From Eledone cirrhosa (taxonomy: Eukaryota): DNA of 64,000 bases. The notes below the pieces were generated by a model, which saw only the letters and a program-made list of their open reading frames with translations, searched no databases and was not told the DNA's origin. Within the stretch, counting starts at the first letter, position 1. Every line of letters starts with the position of its first letter. The DNA is taken from positions 20,460,001 through 20,524,000 of the forward strand of contig OZ024764.1 of assembly GCA_964016885.1 (NCBI GenBank). The letters run 5' to 3'. Below are positions 1 through 16,249 of this stretch, in pieces. Both the position numbers and the translations under genes were made by a program.

Positions 1-644
1 ATCTGCTACAAACCCTTCATAGATTGACGGGAGATGTGCAGTGTATTACCAAGTGGCTACCGTAACTGGCAATGGTCCTCATTGGTAACTAGTGGTATGA
101 TGGTTGATGGTAGTTTCTAGAAGATCGTTACTGGCTGTTTTTGGTGTTTAAATACAAAAGTGTGTTTTAATAAGTTTATATGTACTTAAAGCATGTAGGA
201 GAGGTATTTTAAGGCTTAAACTAAGAAAACAACGGTTGTCTTTATGGTCTCTATATCACGGTTGGTTCTGGAACTTATCATAGCTTAGTGGTTAAAGCAT
301 TGGGCTTGCAATTGACAACATCATATATAGTGTGTATAAGCTGTACATAGTGTATATATATTGTGATGTTACTGGTGCCAAGCTGTATCAGCCATTGCCT
401 TTCCCTAGGACAACGTCATATATACTGTAAATAGTAAATATATAATATATATATATATATAGTGTATATATACTGTACGTAGTGTATATATATATATAGT
501 ATATATATTGTGACGTCACTGGTGCCAAGCTGTATCAGCCATTGCCTTTCCCTTGGACAACATCATATATAGTGTATAATATATACATTACATAGTGTAT
601 ATATAATATATATATAGTGTATATATACTGTATAAAGTGTATAG

Positions 645-1605
645 TTTTTAACTGGTTGAAATCCTTCATTCTCAGTCGAAGAGAGGTAGTCACGGTTCTA
701 GAACAGCATTCTTCACTGTATGAGATGTCATCTGGTTTACCACAGGGATCTGTTCTTGGACCCCTTTTGTTTGTTGCATATGTAGTGTGTGTATCCTTAG
801 TATTTGTTATTCCTCTCAAGGACTGCTGCTTCGGTCTCTATTGTCTGGTGGTGTAGTCTGTGGCCGAGAAGGTGAGGGCCAGGAGAGAGCGATAGAGTAA
901 AAGGTCCGTAGACGCCAGTAGAAGTCTGTAGACCCCAAGAGGTCTGTAGAACGTGAATGTTTCACATCATTATTCTCTCAAGCACTGCTGCTTCGTGGTC
1001 TGGCTGCTGGATTCCCTTTGTACTTGTATTTATAATAACCCTATAGCTAGAAGAATGTGTATAAGGGGTTAATTTATGAGTAGCCATGTGAGTTTCAGCT
1101 ATCTTGAAGCTGGAGTCACAGGTCAAGTGGCATGTATGTTTATCATTGTTGTCTCTTGACAGGATAATGGTGGGAAACTCGCAACAATAGGTGGTCCCAG
1201 ATGCGAGAACTCATAGATTCGGTTTCGAATCTTCGCCAGGTGATTTATAGGAGAATTCCATTACACATATATTAATGACATAGATGGCAACTTAAAGTAT
1301 GTCACAGTACTGAAATATGCAGATGACATCAAGCTGTCCCTTGAGATAAAAAGGACAGATCTTGAACACTATAGATCTGGACACAATGCAGCAATGGATC
1401 ACAGACTGGCAACTCAAGCTATGGTGCAGCCACACTAAGAATTTGCATCACCTGTCTGGAACCCCTATCTTGCTCAGAACATTGACCTCCTGGAAATTGT
1501 TTAGGGACATGCAACCAAGTGAATACCCTCCATCAAGCATCTACCATACTCTGAATACCTTGCCTCCCTGGGTATGGATACATTGAAGGTCTGACGTCTG
1601 GAACT
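645..1605 (+). mobile_element. Degraded CR1-type LINE RT fragment (same family as 18150-20915), split by the insertion at 781-1265
   Basis: WLKSFILSRREVVTVL..EMSSGLPQGSVLGPLLFVAY (645-780) resumes at 1266 as YINDID..VLKYADDIKL..DLDTMQQWITDWQLKL, nearly matching ORF2 of the full-length copy in the opposite orientation. Confidence 0.9.
781..1265. mobile_element. Solo-LTR-like insertion, 485 bp
   Basis: Termini TGTAGTG...CATTACA. 4-bp duplication CATA at 777-780 and 1266-1269. Removing it restores the CR1 sequence GCATATATTAATGAC. Confidence 0.8.
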
Positions 1606-1609
1606 TGCT

Positions 1610-2035
1610 ACTTATTACACCTGAGCATCGGCCACTTATAAAATCTACTTTCTTAGATAGCTGGCCTGTGTTCCCAGTACGTCTGTTATGTACCCATAGT
1701 TTGTATTTGGGACATAAAATGGAATTTCTACCTACTCCTTTCCTACACACTGAACATGGCCATTTCCCAGAGAGCACCTGTGCCCTATTTTCCTTCCTAC
1801 AAACTAGAACTTTAATCTTAGACAAGTTAACTTTAAGGCCATTTGATTCTAGGCCATGCTTCCATGTTTGGAATTTCTGATCTAGTTCAGCTGTTAGATC
1901 ATCTGCATATAGAAGTTCCCATGGGCAGCCAGTCTTAAACTCTGTTTTAGCCTGAAGGACAATAATAAATAGGAGGGGGCTAAGGACTGAGCTTTGATGA
2001 ACACCAACTTTTACACTAAATTCTTCACTGTATTC
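1610..2035 (-). mobile_element. RTE-clade LINE RT fragment with Cys-rich PHD-like insert
   Basis: VGVHQ.SVLSPLLFIIVLQA, GCPWELLYADDL, SGKWPCSVCRKGVGRNSILC..WVH on the minus strand. Confidence 0.85.
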
Positions 2036-2259
2036 ATTGGTAATTCTATATATATATACACATATTTATGTGTACATATATATATACACATATTTATGTA
2101 CATATATATATATATATTTACTACACCACATTCTTCGTCTAAGTATAATTTGTAATGTTATTTACAAAACTAGGAATAAAATAATTCATGAGATATTCAC
2201 TGCGAACCTGTACTTTCTCTATATCTTTTTTGGACCTGGTGTGTATATATATATATATA

Positions 2260-2468
2260 TATGCAAAAGTTCTATTTAAATTGTTGGGATACAACAAACA
2301 AATATTTTTATAACTGAATATAAAGCACTCAACAAGTATTTGGAGTAAACATACGATATTAACAAGTGGAAACTATATTTATAAAACCATATCTATTTTA
2401 TTATACATATTTCAAATATGTATAATAAAATAGATATGGTTTTATAAATATAGTTTCCATTTGTTAAT

Positions 2469-2471
<3 letters not shown>
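2260..2471. repeat. Foldback/MITE-like AT-rich element with a near-perfect palindrome of about 115 bp (2356-2471)
   Basis: GATATTAACAAGTGGAAACTATATTTATAAAACCATATCTATTT...AAATAGATATGGTTTTATAAATATAGTTTCCATTTGTTAATATC. A related copy lies inverted at 7760-8070. Confidence 0.75.
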
Positions 2472-2519
<48 letters not shown>

Positions 2520-2575
2520 GTAAACAAGGTTTAGCAAATAATGAAAAAGTTTCAAAATAAATTTTAAAAAATTGA

Positions 2576-5500
2576 CTTTACCTACTATAGTTACCTTTAC
2601 CTACTATAGTTACCTTTACCTACTATAGTTACCTTTACCTACTATAGTTACCTTTACCTACTATAGTTACCTTTACCCACTATAGTTACCTTTACCCACT
2701 ATAGTTACCTTTACCCACTATAGTTACCTTTACCTACTATAGTTACCTTTACCTACTATAGTTACCTTTACCTACTATAGTTACCTTTACCCACTATAGT
2801 TACCTTTACCCACTATAGTTACCTTTACCCACTATAGTTACCTTTACCTACTATAGTTACCTTTACCTACTATAGTTACCTTTACCCACTATAGTTACCT
2901 TTACCCACTATAGTTACCTTTACCCACTATAGTTACCTTTACCCACTATAGTTACCTTTACCTACTATAGTTACCTTTACCTACTATAGTTACCTTTACC
3001 TACTATAGTTACCTTTACCCACTATAGTTACCTTTACCCACTATAGTTACCTTTACCCACTATAGTTACCTTTACCTACTATAGTTACCTTTACCTACTA
3101 TAGTTACCTTTACCTACTATAGTTACCTTTACCCACTATAGTTACCTTTACCTACTATAGTTACCTTTACCCACTATAGTTACCTTTACCTACTATAGTT
3201 ACCTTTACCTACTATAGTTACCTTTACCCACTATAGTTACCTTTACCCACTATAGTTACCTTTACCCACTATAGTTACCTTTACCTACTATAGTTACCTT
3301 TACCCACTATAGTTACCTTTACCCACTATAGTTACCTTTACCTACTATAGTTACCTTTACCCACTATAGTTACCTTTACCTACTATAGTTACCTTTACCT
3401 ACTATAGTTACCTTTACCCACTATAGTTACCTTTACCTACTATAGTTACCTTTACCTACTATAGTTACCTTTACCTACTATAGTTACCTTTACCTACTAT
3501 AGTTACCTTTACCCACTATAGTTACCTTTACCTACTATAGTTACCTTTACCTACTATAGTTACCTTTACCTACTATAGTTACCTTTACCTACTATAGTTA
3601 CCTTTACCCACTATAGTTACCTTTACCCACTATAGTTACCTTTACCTACTATAGTTATCTTTACCCACTATAGTTACCTTTACCCACTATAGTTACCTTT
3701 ACCTACTATAGTTACCTTTACCCACTATAGTTACCTTTACCTACTATAGTTACCTTTACCTACTATAGTTACCTTTACCTACTATAGTTACCTTTACCTA
3801 CTATAGTTACCTTTACCCACTATAGTTACCTTTACCCACTATAGTTACCTTTACCCACTATAGTTACCTTTACCCACTATAGTTACCTTTACCCACTATA
3901 GTTACCTTTACCTACTATAGTTACCTTTACCCACTATAGTTACCTTTACCTACTATAGTTACCTTTACCTACTATAGTTACCTTTACCCACTATAGTTAC
4001 CTTTACCCACTATAGTTACCTTTACCCACTATAGTTACCTTTACCTACTATAGTTACCTTTACCTACTATAGTTACCTTTACCCACTATAGTTACCTTAC
4101 CCACTATAGTTACCTTTACCCACTATAGTTACCTTTACCCACTATAGTTACCTTTACCTACTATAGTTACCTTTACCTACTATAGTTACCTTTACCCACT
4201 ATAGTTACCTTTACCTACTATAGTTACCTTTACCCACTATAGTTACCTTTACCTACTATAGTTACCTTTACCTACTATAGTTACCTTTACCTACTATAGT
4301 TACCTTTACCCACTATAGTTACCTTTACCTACTATAGTTACCTTTACCCACTATAGTTACCTTTACCTACTATAGTTACCTTTACCTACTATAGTTACCT
4401 TTACCTACTATAGTTACCTTTACCCACTATAGTTACCTTTACCTACTATAGTTACCTTTACCTACTATAGTTACCTTTACCTACTATAGTTACCTTTACC
4501 CACTATAGTTACCTTTACCTACTATAGTTACCTTTACCCACTATAGTTACCTTTACCTACTATAGTTACCTTTACCTACTATAGTTACCTTTACCTACTA
4601 TAGTTATCTTTACCCACTATAGTTACCTTTACCCACTATAGTTACCTTTACCTACTATAGTTACCTTTACCCACTATAGTTACCTTTACCTACTATAGTT
4701 ACCTTTACCCACTATAGTTACCTTTACCCACTATAGTTACCTTTACCCACTATAGTTACCTTTACCCACTATAGTTACCTTTACCTACTATAGTTACCTT
4801 TACCCACTATAGTTACCTTTACCTACTATAGTTACCTTTACCTACTATAGTTACCTTTACCCACTATAGTTACCTTTACCTACTATAGTTACCTTTACCT
4901 ACTATAGTTACCTTTACCCACTATAGTTACCTTTACCCACTATAGTTACCTTTACCCACTATAGTTACCTTTACCTACTATAGTTACCTTTACCTACTAT
5001 AGTTACCTTTACCCACTATAGTTACCTTTACCTACTATAGTTACCTTTACCTACTATAGTTACCTTTACCCACTATAGTTACCTTTACCCACTATAGTTA
5101 CCTTTACCCACTATAGTTACCTTTACCTACTATAGTTACCTTTACCCACTATAGTTACCTTTACCCACTATAGTTACCTTTACCCACTATAGTTACCTTT
5201 ACCCACTATAGTTACCTTTACCCACTATAGTTACCTTTACCCACTATAGTTACCTTTACCTACTATAGTTACCTTTACCCACTATAGTTACCTTTACCTA
5301 CTATAGTTACCTTTACCCACTATAGTTACCTTTACCTACTATAGTTACCTTTACCTACTATAGTTACCTTTACCTACTATAGTTACCTTTACCCACTATA
5401 GTTACCTTTACCCACTATAGTTACCTTTACCCACTATAGTTACCTTTACCTACTATAGTTACCTTTACCTACTATAGTTACCTTTACCCACTATAGTTAC

Positions 5501-6855
5501 CTTACCCACTATAGTTACCTTTACCCACTATAGTTACCTTTACCCACTATAGTTACCTTTACCTACTATAGTTACCTTTACCTACTATAGTTACCTTTAC
5601 CCACTATAGTTACCTTTACCTACTATAGTTACCTTTACCCACTATAGTTACCTTTACCCACTATAGTTACCTTTACCCACTATAGTTACCTTTACCCACT
5701 ATAGTTACCTTTACCTACTATAGTTACCTTTACCTACTATAGTTACCTTTACCCACTATAGTTACCTTTACCTACTATAGTTACCTTTACCTACTATAGT
5801 TACCTTTACCTACTATAGTTACCTTTACCTACTATAGTTACCTTTACCCACTATAGTTACCTTTACCTACTATAGTTACCTTTACCCACTATAGTTACCT
5901 TTACCTACTATAGTTACCTTTACCCACTATAGTTACCTTTACCTACTATAGTTACCTTTACCTACTATAGTTACCTTTACCCACTATAGTTACCTTTACC
6001 TACTATAGTTACCTTTACCCACTATAGTTACCTTTACCTACTATAGTTACCTTTACCCACTATAGTTACCTTTACCTACTATAGTTACCTTTACCTACTA
6101 TAGTTACCTTTACCTACTATAGTTACCTTTACCTACTATAGTTACCTTTACCCACTATAGTTACCTTTACCTACTATAGTTACCTTTACCCACTATAGTT
6201 ACCTTTACCTACTATAGTTACCTTTACCCACTATAGTTACCTTTACCTACTATAGTTACCTTTACCTACTATAGTTACCTTTACCTACTATAGTTACCTT
6301 TACCCACTATAGTTACCTTTACCTACTATAGTTACCTTTACCTACTATAGTTATCTTTACCTACTATAGTTACCTTTACCCACTATAGTTACCTTTACCT
6401 ACTATAGTTACCTTTACCTACTATAGTTACCTTTACCCACTATAGTTACCTTTACCCACTATAGTTACCTTTACCTACTATAGTTACCTTTACCCACTAT
6501 AGTTACCTTTACCTACTATAGTTACCTTTACCTACTATAGTTACCTTTACCCACTATAGTTACCTTTACCTACTATAGTTACCTTTACCCACTATAGTTA
6601 CCTTTACCTACTATAGTTACCTTTACCTACTATAGTTACCTTTACCTACTATAGTTACCTTTACCTACTATAGTTACCTTTACCCACTATAGTTACCTTT
6701 ACCCACTATAGTTACCTTTACCCACTATAGTTACCTTTACCTACTATAGTTACCTTTACCTACTATAGTTACCTTTACCTACTATAGTTACCTTTACCTA
6801 CTATAGTTACCTTTACCCACTATAGTTACCTTTACCTACTATAGTTACCTTTACC
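2576..6855 (+). repeat. 19-bp minisatellite CC(C/T)ACTATAGTTACCTTTA, about 225 copies
   Basis: Direct 19-bp periodicity with essentially one polymorphic site (C/T). Each unit holds the 8-bp palindrome ACTATAGT. Confidence 0.98.
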
Positions 6856-6904
6856 GATCGGTTTCGAATCCCAAAAATAAAACGGAGACCATACGGCCTT
6901 CGTT

Positions 6905-6950
6905 GCATGTATTGTCCAACCACACTGGCATTTGGTTGGACAATACATGC
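6905..6950. other. Perfect hairpin: 18-bp stem, 10-nt loop
   Basis: GCATGTATTGTCCAACCA-cactggcatt-TGGTTGGACAATACATGC. Confidence 0.95.
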
Positions 6951-7580
6951 GTACCTCGGCGCCTTGTGCGTGAAGGAACGTATATCCTATTATATATATA
7001 TGTATATATTTTTTTATCTATTTGATATTTGTAATGTTATTTATACAACCAGGAATAAAATAATTCTTGAGATATTCACTGCGAACCTGTACTTTCTCTA
7101 TATCTTTTTCGGACCTTGTGTGTGTGTATATATATATACACGTCCCCTCTGCCATGTCAGTTAACTCTTTCTCCCTACTGACCTCTTCCTCGCACTCCCA
7201 CTCACTCAGTCCCTGTTTCTCCCCTTCTTTCTTCCTCCCGTTCGCTGGGAAAACGGTTTTCATTCTTTCTCACACCGGATTCACTAGCGAAAGGTCTGTT
7301 GCTGACTCGCTCATATATTCACACAGCTTATGCTGAAAGAATAACTATGTTGCTTGTGTTTATTTCCATCTTCGGTTAGCTTCCCCTGTGTTGTTTACTT
7401 GTCTCACTCGCTTTACGCGTTTCTATTGTCCTAATAACTTATTTTAGTTATTATCGCTCCAACGTGAGGTATATGATTTTTAATGCGATGAAATACCCAT
7501 GATCGTTTGGTAAATCACTGATGAGTGACTCATTTTATAACATGTTATCCATGTGCAACCAGCAGTATTCTTCTCACCCA

Positions 7581-7614
<34 letters not shown>

Positions 7615-7759
7615 CGTATATATTTTTTTATCTATTTCATATTTTTGATATTTGTAATGTTATTTATACAACCAGGAATAAAATAATTCTTCCCCTAACC
7701 CTTACCATTCACTGCGAGACTACTTGCTGTACGGACCTGAGATATATATATAAATATAT

Positions 7760-8070
7760 ACGATATTAAACAAATGGAAACTATATTTATAAAACCATAT
7801 TTATTTCATTATACATATTTCAGGGATACCATATTAAAAATATGGCATGCCTTTGTCAGATAAAATACAATATATAAACAGTTTTATAAATAATTTTGAC
7901 GTACCATAATATAAGCGACCATTAAATAATGAAATAAATATGGTTTTATAAATATAGTTTCCATTTATTTAATATCGTATATCTACTGCAAAAACTTGTC
8001 GAGTGCTTTATATCAGTTATAAAATATTTACTTGTTGTAACCCAACAATTTTAAATAAAACTTTTGCATA
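7760..8070. repeat. Second, inverted copy of the foldback element at 2260-2471, with a longer internal spacer
   Basis: Arms GGAAACTATATTTATAAAACCATATTTATTTCATTAT / ATAATGAAATAAATATGGTTTTATAAATATAGTTTCC. 7980-8070 is a diverged reverse complement of 2260-2355. Confidence 0.75.
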
Positions 8071-8145
8071 TATATATATATATATATATATAAATATATA
8101 TATAGTTTAGCGAGGTTTTTTATATGAAATCGTGTGTCGAAACAG

Positions 8146-8353
8146 ATATTGTTATACTTGGGGAGGGTCATATTTGCGTAATATTGCCAGAATTAATAAC
8201 ATCGGTCAGTCAATGGCAACATTGAGGACCGAGTAAGTTAGATCACAGATATAAAAGACAGCGAGAAGCGAAAACCAACCAAACAGTGAGTGTGTTCTGT
8301 TATTAATTCTGGCAATATTACGCAAATATGACCCTTCCCAAGTATAACAATAT
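8146..8353. mobile_element. MITE-like element with inverted repeats of about 56 bp
   Basis: ATATTGTTATACTTGGGGAGGGTCATATTTGCGTAATATTGCCAGAATTAATAACA (8146-8201) versus 8298-8353, one mismatch. Confidence 0.8.
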
Positions 8354-8387
<34 letters not shown>

Positions 8388-9060
8388 TTACTACAGCACA
8401 TTATTCGTCTAAGTATAATTTGTAATGTTATTTAAACAACCAGGAATAAAATAATTCTTACTCTAAACCTTACCATTCACTGCGAGACTCTACCGTCTTT
8501 ATTTCCTGTTCCTGCCCCACCTACTTTCATTCATTCATTAATTTACTTCAAACTCAATCAATTCCTGTCTCTTTCTTCTATATTTTATATTTTCAAGGTA
8601 TTTCAACAATTTTTATCTTTTTTACGTTTCTTTCATTAATTTATTCCGTTTTATATTTAAAATATCTCTGACTAATTTTTCCCGTATTTTCTGCCTAAAT
8701 ATTTATATACTTTATATATATAAAGTATATATATATATAAAGTATATATATATAAATATGTATATATAAATATATGTGTATATATATATATGTATTCATG
8801 TATATATGCATATATATATGTGTATATATATATTGTATATATACATACATACATTATACATACTAGATAAGATAATACACCTACACATCTGATATAAGAA
8901 TACGGATAGGCTATGTAGCCGGTAAAACCAAAAGGGGTGAAACACATATTGCTATAGTGTTTCACCAGCTCTTCCTCAATCATTCATAGATGTGAGTGTA
9001 TATAATAATTATTTTGTATAATGTGTCTATTTATAAAAATGTATGAGTAGACGTGTGTAT

Positions 9061-9823
9061 AACTCTGTAGATGTGTGTGTAACTCAGTAGATGTGTGTGT
9101 AACTCAGTAGATGTGTGTGTAACTCAGTAGATGTGTGTGTAACTTAGTAGATGTGTATGTAACTCAGTAGATGTGTGTGTAACCCAGATGTGTGTGTAAC
9201 TCAGTAGATGTGTGTGTAACTCAGTAGATGTGTATGTAACTCAGTAGATGTGTATGTAACTCAGTAGATGTGTATGTAACTCAGTAGATGTGTGTGTAAC
9301 TCAGTAGATGTGTGTGTAACTCAGTAGATGTGTGTGTAACTCAGTAGATGCGTGTGTAACTCAGTAGATGTGTGTGTAACTTAGTAGATGTGTATGTAAC
9401 TCAGTAGATGTGTGTGTAACTCAGTAGATGTGTGTGTAACTCAGTAGATGTGTATGTAACTCAGTAGATGTGTATGTAACTCAGTAGATGTGTATGTAAC
9501 TCAGTAGATGTGTGTGTAACTCAGTAGATGTGTGTGTAACTCAGTAGATGTGTATGTAACTCAGTAGATGTGTGTGTAACTCAGTAGATGTGTATGTAAC
9601 TCAGTAGATGTGTATGTAACTCAGTAGATGTGTATGTAACTCAGTAGATGTGTGTGTAACTCAGTTGATGTGTGTATAACTCTGTAGATGTGTGTGTAAC
9701 TCTGTAGATGCGTGTATAACTCAGTAGATGTGTGTATAACTCCGTAGATGTGTGTATAACTCTGTAGATGCGTGTATAACTCAGTAGATGTGTATGTAAA
9801 TCAGTAGATGTGTGTGTAACTCA
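9061..9823 (+). repeat. 20-bp minisatellite AACTCAGTAGATGTGT(G/A)TGT, about 38 copies
   Basis: Direct periodicity. Confidence 0.97.
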
Positions 9824-10122
9824 AATAATTGTCCCCCACCCTCACTTTCGTCTCAAATAATTGTCCCCTACCCTCGCTTAGGTCTCAAATAATTTTTCGC
9901 CACCCTCATTTAATTTTCAGATTTTTCACACCACCACCCACTCTTAATTTACCACACCCATATAAAATAAATAGGATGGGTTGGGGTCTCATTAAGTAAA
10001 CTAAATAACTAATTCTGGTTTTCTATCTCTGGTGAAATTTATATGTATATATATATGTATATATATGTATATATATATATAGATATCTATACATATGTAC
10101 ATATATATAAATATCTATATAT

Positions 10123-10417
10123 GCCCCCCACACCCCACACCGCAAGGTGGTCGTGGAGGTGCCACGGCAAAAAAGCACCCAGCCAATACTGTAAAGTGGA
10201 CGTGTAGGCGCCACGAAAAAGCACCCAGCACTCACTGTAAATGAGGTTGGTGTTAAGAAGGGCATCCAGCTGTAGAAATCAAGCCAAATCAGTTCCTGTA
10301 TGATCAAGGCATGGTCAGCCGACCAGACACTGCCCACAACAGGACAACCCATCTAACCCATGCTAGCGTGGAAGAACGGACGTAAAACGGTGATGATGAT
10401 GATGATGATGATGATGA
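10123..10417 (+). mobile_element. RTE LINE 3' UTR with (GAT)n tail
   Basis: Reverse complement of 10901-11185, ending in GACGTAAAACGGTGATGATGATG. Confidence 0.85.
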
Positions 10418-10900
10418 CATATGTATATATATGAGTTCTTAAGTCCAGTAAAATAACCTCTCTAGTGCCACAAACAATACACCCAGTCCTTGCTGTAAAG
10501 TGGTGAGAGGAAAGGCATCGAAACAGAAAAGAAAAAAAATAGCGCTAAAATTATGGAAAGCCCTGTAAATAAAAATTCCCACTAATTGTGTCTACAAGCC
10601 TAACACATGTCATGTTATTGGGGTGCCTAGGGTAGCCATGTGTGAGAATCCTTTGACTGTTATCAAACACTATTCCTTTCCATGTAGAAAGAACTGTTAC
10701 TCAAGGAACTGTCAAGTTACACATTTCAGGTCTCAGACAATTACCGTGTTAGAATGTCATATAAGAATGAAGTTCTTGGGTAAAGGCTATAGGGCAGACC
10801 TCCCAAGAGTTAGAAGGATATAGTTTATAGAGCATCGTGGAATACCACTGCTTACATTGGAGAGAATAACTCTGGACAGGAAAGTTGATATCTACAGTTT

Positions 10901-11502
10901 ATCATCATCATCATCATCACCGTTTTACGTCCGTTCTTCCACGCTAGCATGGGTTAGACAGGTTGTCCTGTTGTGTGCAGTGTCTGGTCGGCTGACCATG
11001 CCTTGCTCATACAGGAACTGATCTGGCTTGATTTCTACAGCTGGATGCCCTTCCTAACACCAACCTCATTTACAGTGAGTGCTGGGTGCTTTTTCGTGGC
11101 GCCTTCATGTCCACTTTACAGTGTGAGCTGGGTGCTTTTTTGCCGTGGCACCTCCACGACCACCTTGCGGTGGGGGGTGGGGGAGCATATTGTTTATATG
11201 CTTCAGCATGTACCCATGGGAGGTCGGGTACTCTGTATTACTGCGTGACGCCAGAAGTCACGGTCGTGTGTCATTGTCTTTGAGAGGTGTAATTGGGTAA
11301 GGTCGGCTTTTATCACCTCATCCCAGGTCATCTTGGGTCTCCCCACTCCGCGGTTTCCATCAACTTCTAGTGCTCTGCACCTTTTTATGCAGCTGTCATC
11401 CTTCATACGCATCACATGTCCATACCAGCGCAACTGCCTCTCCTGCACACAGCATTTGATTCCTCTTATGCTCAGTCTCTCTCTCAATTCATTTATGCTT
11501 TG
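10901..11502 (-). mobile_element. 5'-truncated RTE LINE: ORF2 C-terminus, 3' UTR and (GAT)n tail
   Basis: RQLRWYGHVMRM..GRPKMTWDEVIKADL. Highly similar to 36890-37490. Absent from the paralogous site near 28950. Confidence 0.9.
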
Positions 11503-11979
11503 TCAATATAGAAATATAAAATTTCCAATGTTAAATCTATCTCTGTTTCTAAAGTATTCTCCAATATCTCATACTGTTTTTTTCTTATTTCAGAATATCA
11601 GATGACATTGGGATAAAATTATTTTTTAATCTTGAATACATCCCCTCTATTTATCATCATTTCAAGACTAAAGCTTTTGATACGGAACTCATATAACACT
11701 GTTTATATAAATCTATGGCAGAATTAGTGTGAAATATTTCCTCAGACTGTGTGTCTTGGAAAAATTCTTGGAAAAGTATTGTTTCATCAGCATCTGAAAT
11801 ATTTACAAGATGATTTTGAATCTTAACTAAACTTGGATCAGAAAGAAGTTTGCATCATCTTCAGATCTTGACTGAGATCACCGTTGCCAGAAATATAGCA
11901 GAAGAAATATCTTCAGGAATATAATATATAAAATAAGACAAGAATAACATCTGTAAATTCTGCCAAGGGAAGAAGAAAC

Positions 11980-15420
<3,441 letters not shown>

Positions 15421-15699
15421 GACAAGATAAAAACCATGTCACTCACCTAAAATAGTGCCACCAATGTTGTTAATATCTTGAATAAAACTGTTTTACTAAG
15501 AAATTCTTCTCCTTTCATTTTATTTGTAGAAGTTGTAACCAAGACTTGTACTGACAAAACTGTATTGTTCAGAATTGACATACGTTATATATATGTGAAT
15601 GTATGTGTGTAGAAATTTGTATATGTTCATATCTGTGTTTGTATATAAGTATGTGTATATCTGTATTTGATTTATTTGTGTATGTATGTGTGTACATGT

Positions 15700-16200
15700 A
15701 CGTCATCTTCATCAACATCATCACTGTTTTTATGTCTGTTCTTCCATGTTTCCTTGGGTTGGACATGTCCTTCTCAACATGGCATCTTTCAACTTCTCAT
15801 GTTCTTTTGTCATCTCCTCTGTGAGAGTCAGTTATTTGAAGTCAGTTCACACAGACTCTGTGCAGGTCTTTATTGGCCTACCTCTACTATGGCTTCTACT
15901 GGGATTTCCTGGCACTTCATCACCCAGTGGTCATTATCCATGTTCATCACATGTCTGTACAAACACAGTCTTCTCTCTTACAAACACAGTCTTCTCTCTT
16001 ACACACCACTTCAGATCACTCTTAAACCCAGCTTCTTCTTGAAATTGTCCAAACTCTGCCTTTCTCTCACACTTATATAACATATCCTACAAAACATGGT
16101 TGTTTCATTTCTCTCCAGTCTACATATCCTCTGCAGTCACAGCCCTTGTTTCGTTACCATACATCATTGCACATCACCCACCTAGATTGTAAAAGCAATC
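15700..16200 (-). mobile_element. Degraded RTE 3' fragment
   Basis: CATCATCACTGTTTTTATGTC..TTCCATG..GGGTTGGAC end motif shared with other RTE copies, plus decayed HVMNM and GRP motifs. Confidence 0.6.
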
Positions 16201-16249
16201 AACCACTTCTATGTGTGTCTAATGACATATATAATTAAGCCTGACAATT

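Noticed and set aside
2576-6855. CRISPR-like or information-encoding array
   Set aside because: There are no unique spacers or cas genes and the context is eukaryotic. The C/T pattern is explained by ordinary minisatellite turnover.
7270-7535. Possible hammerhead ribozyme or Penelope LTR (CTGATGAG near 7518)
   Set aside because: No correctly placed GAAA and stems could be built by eye.
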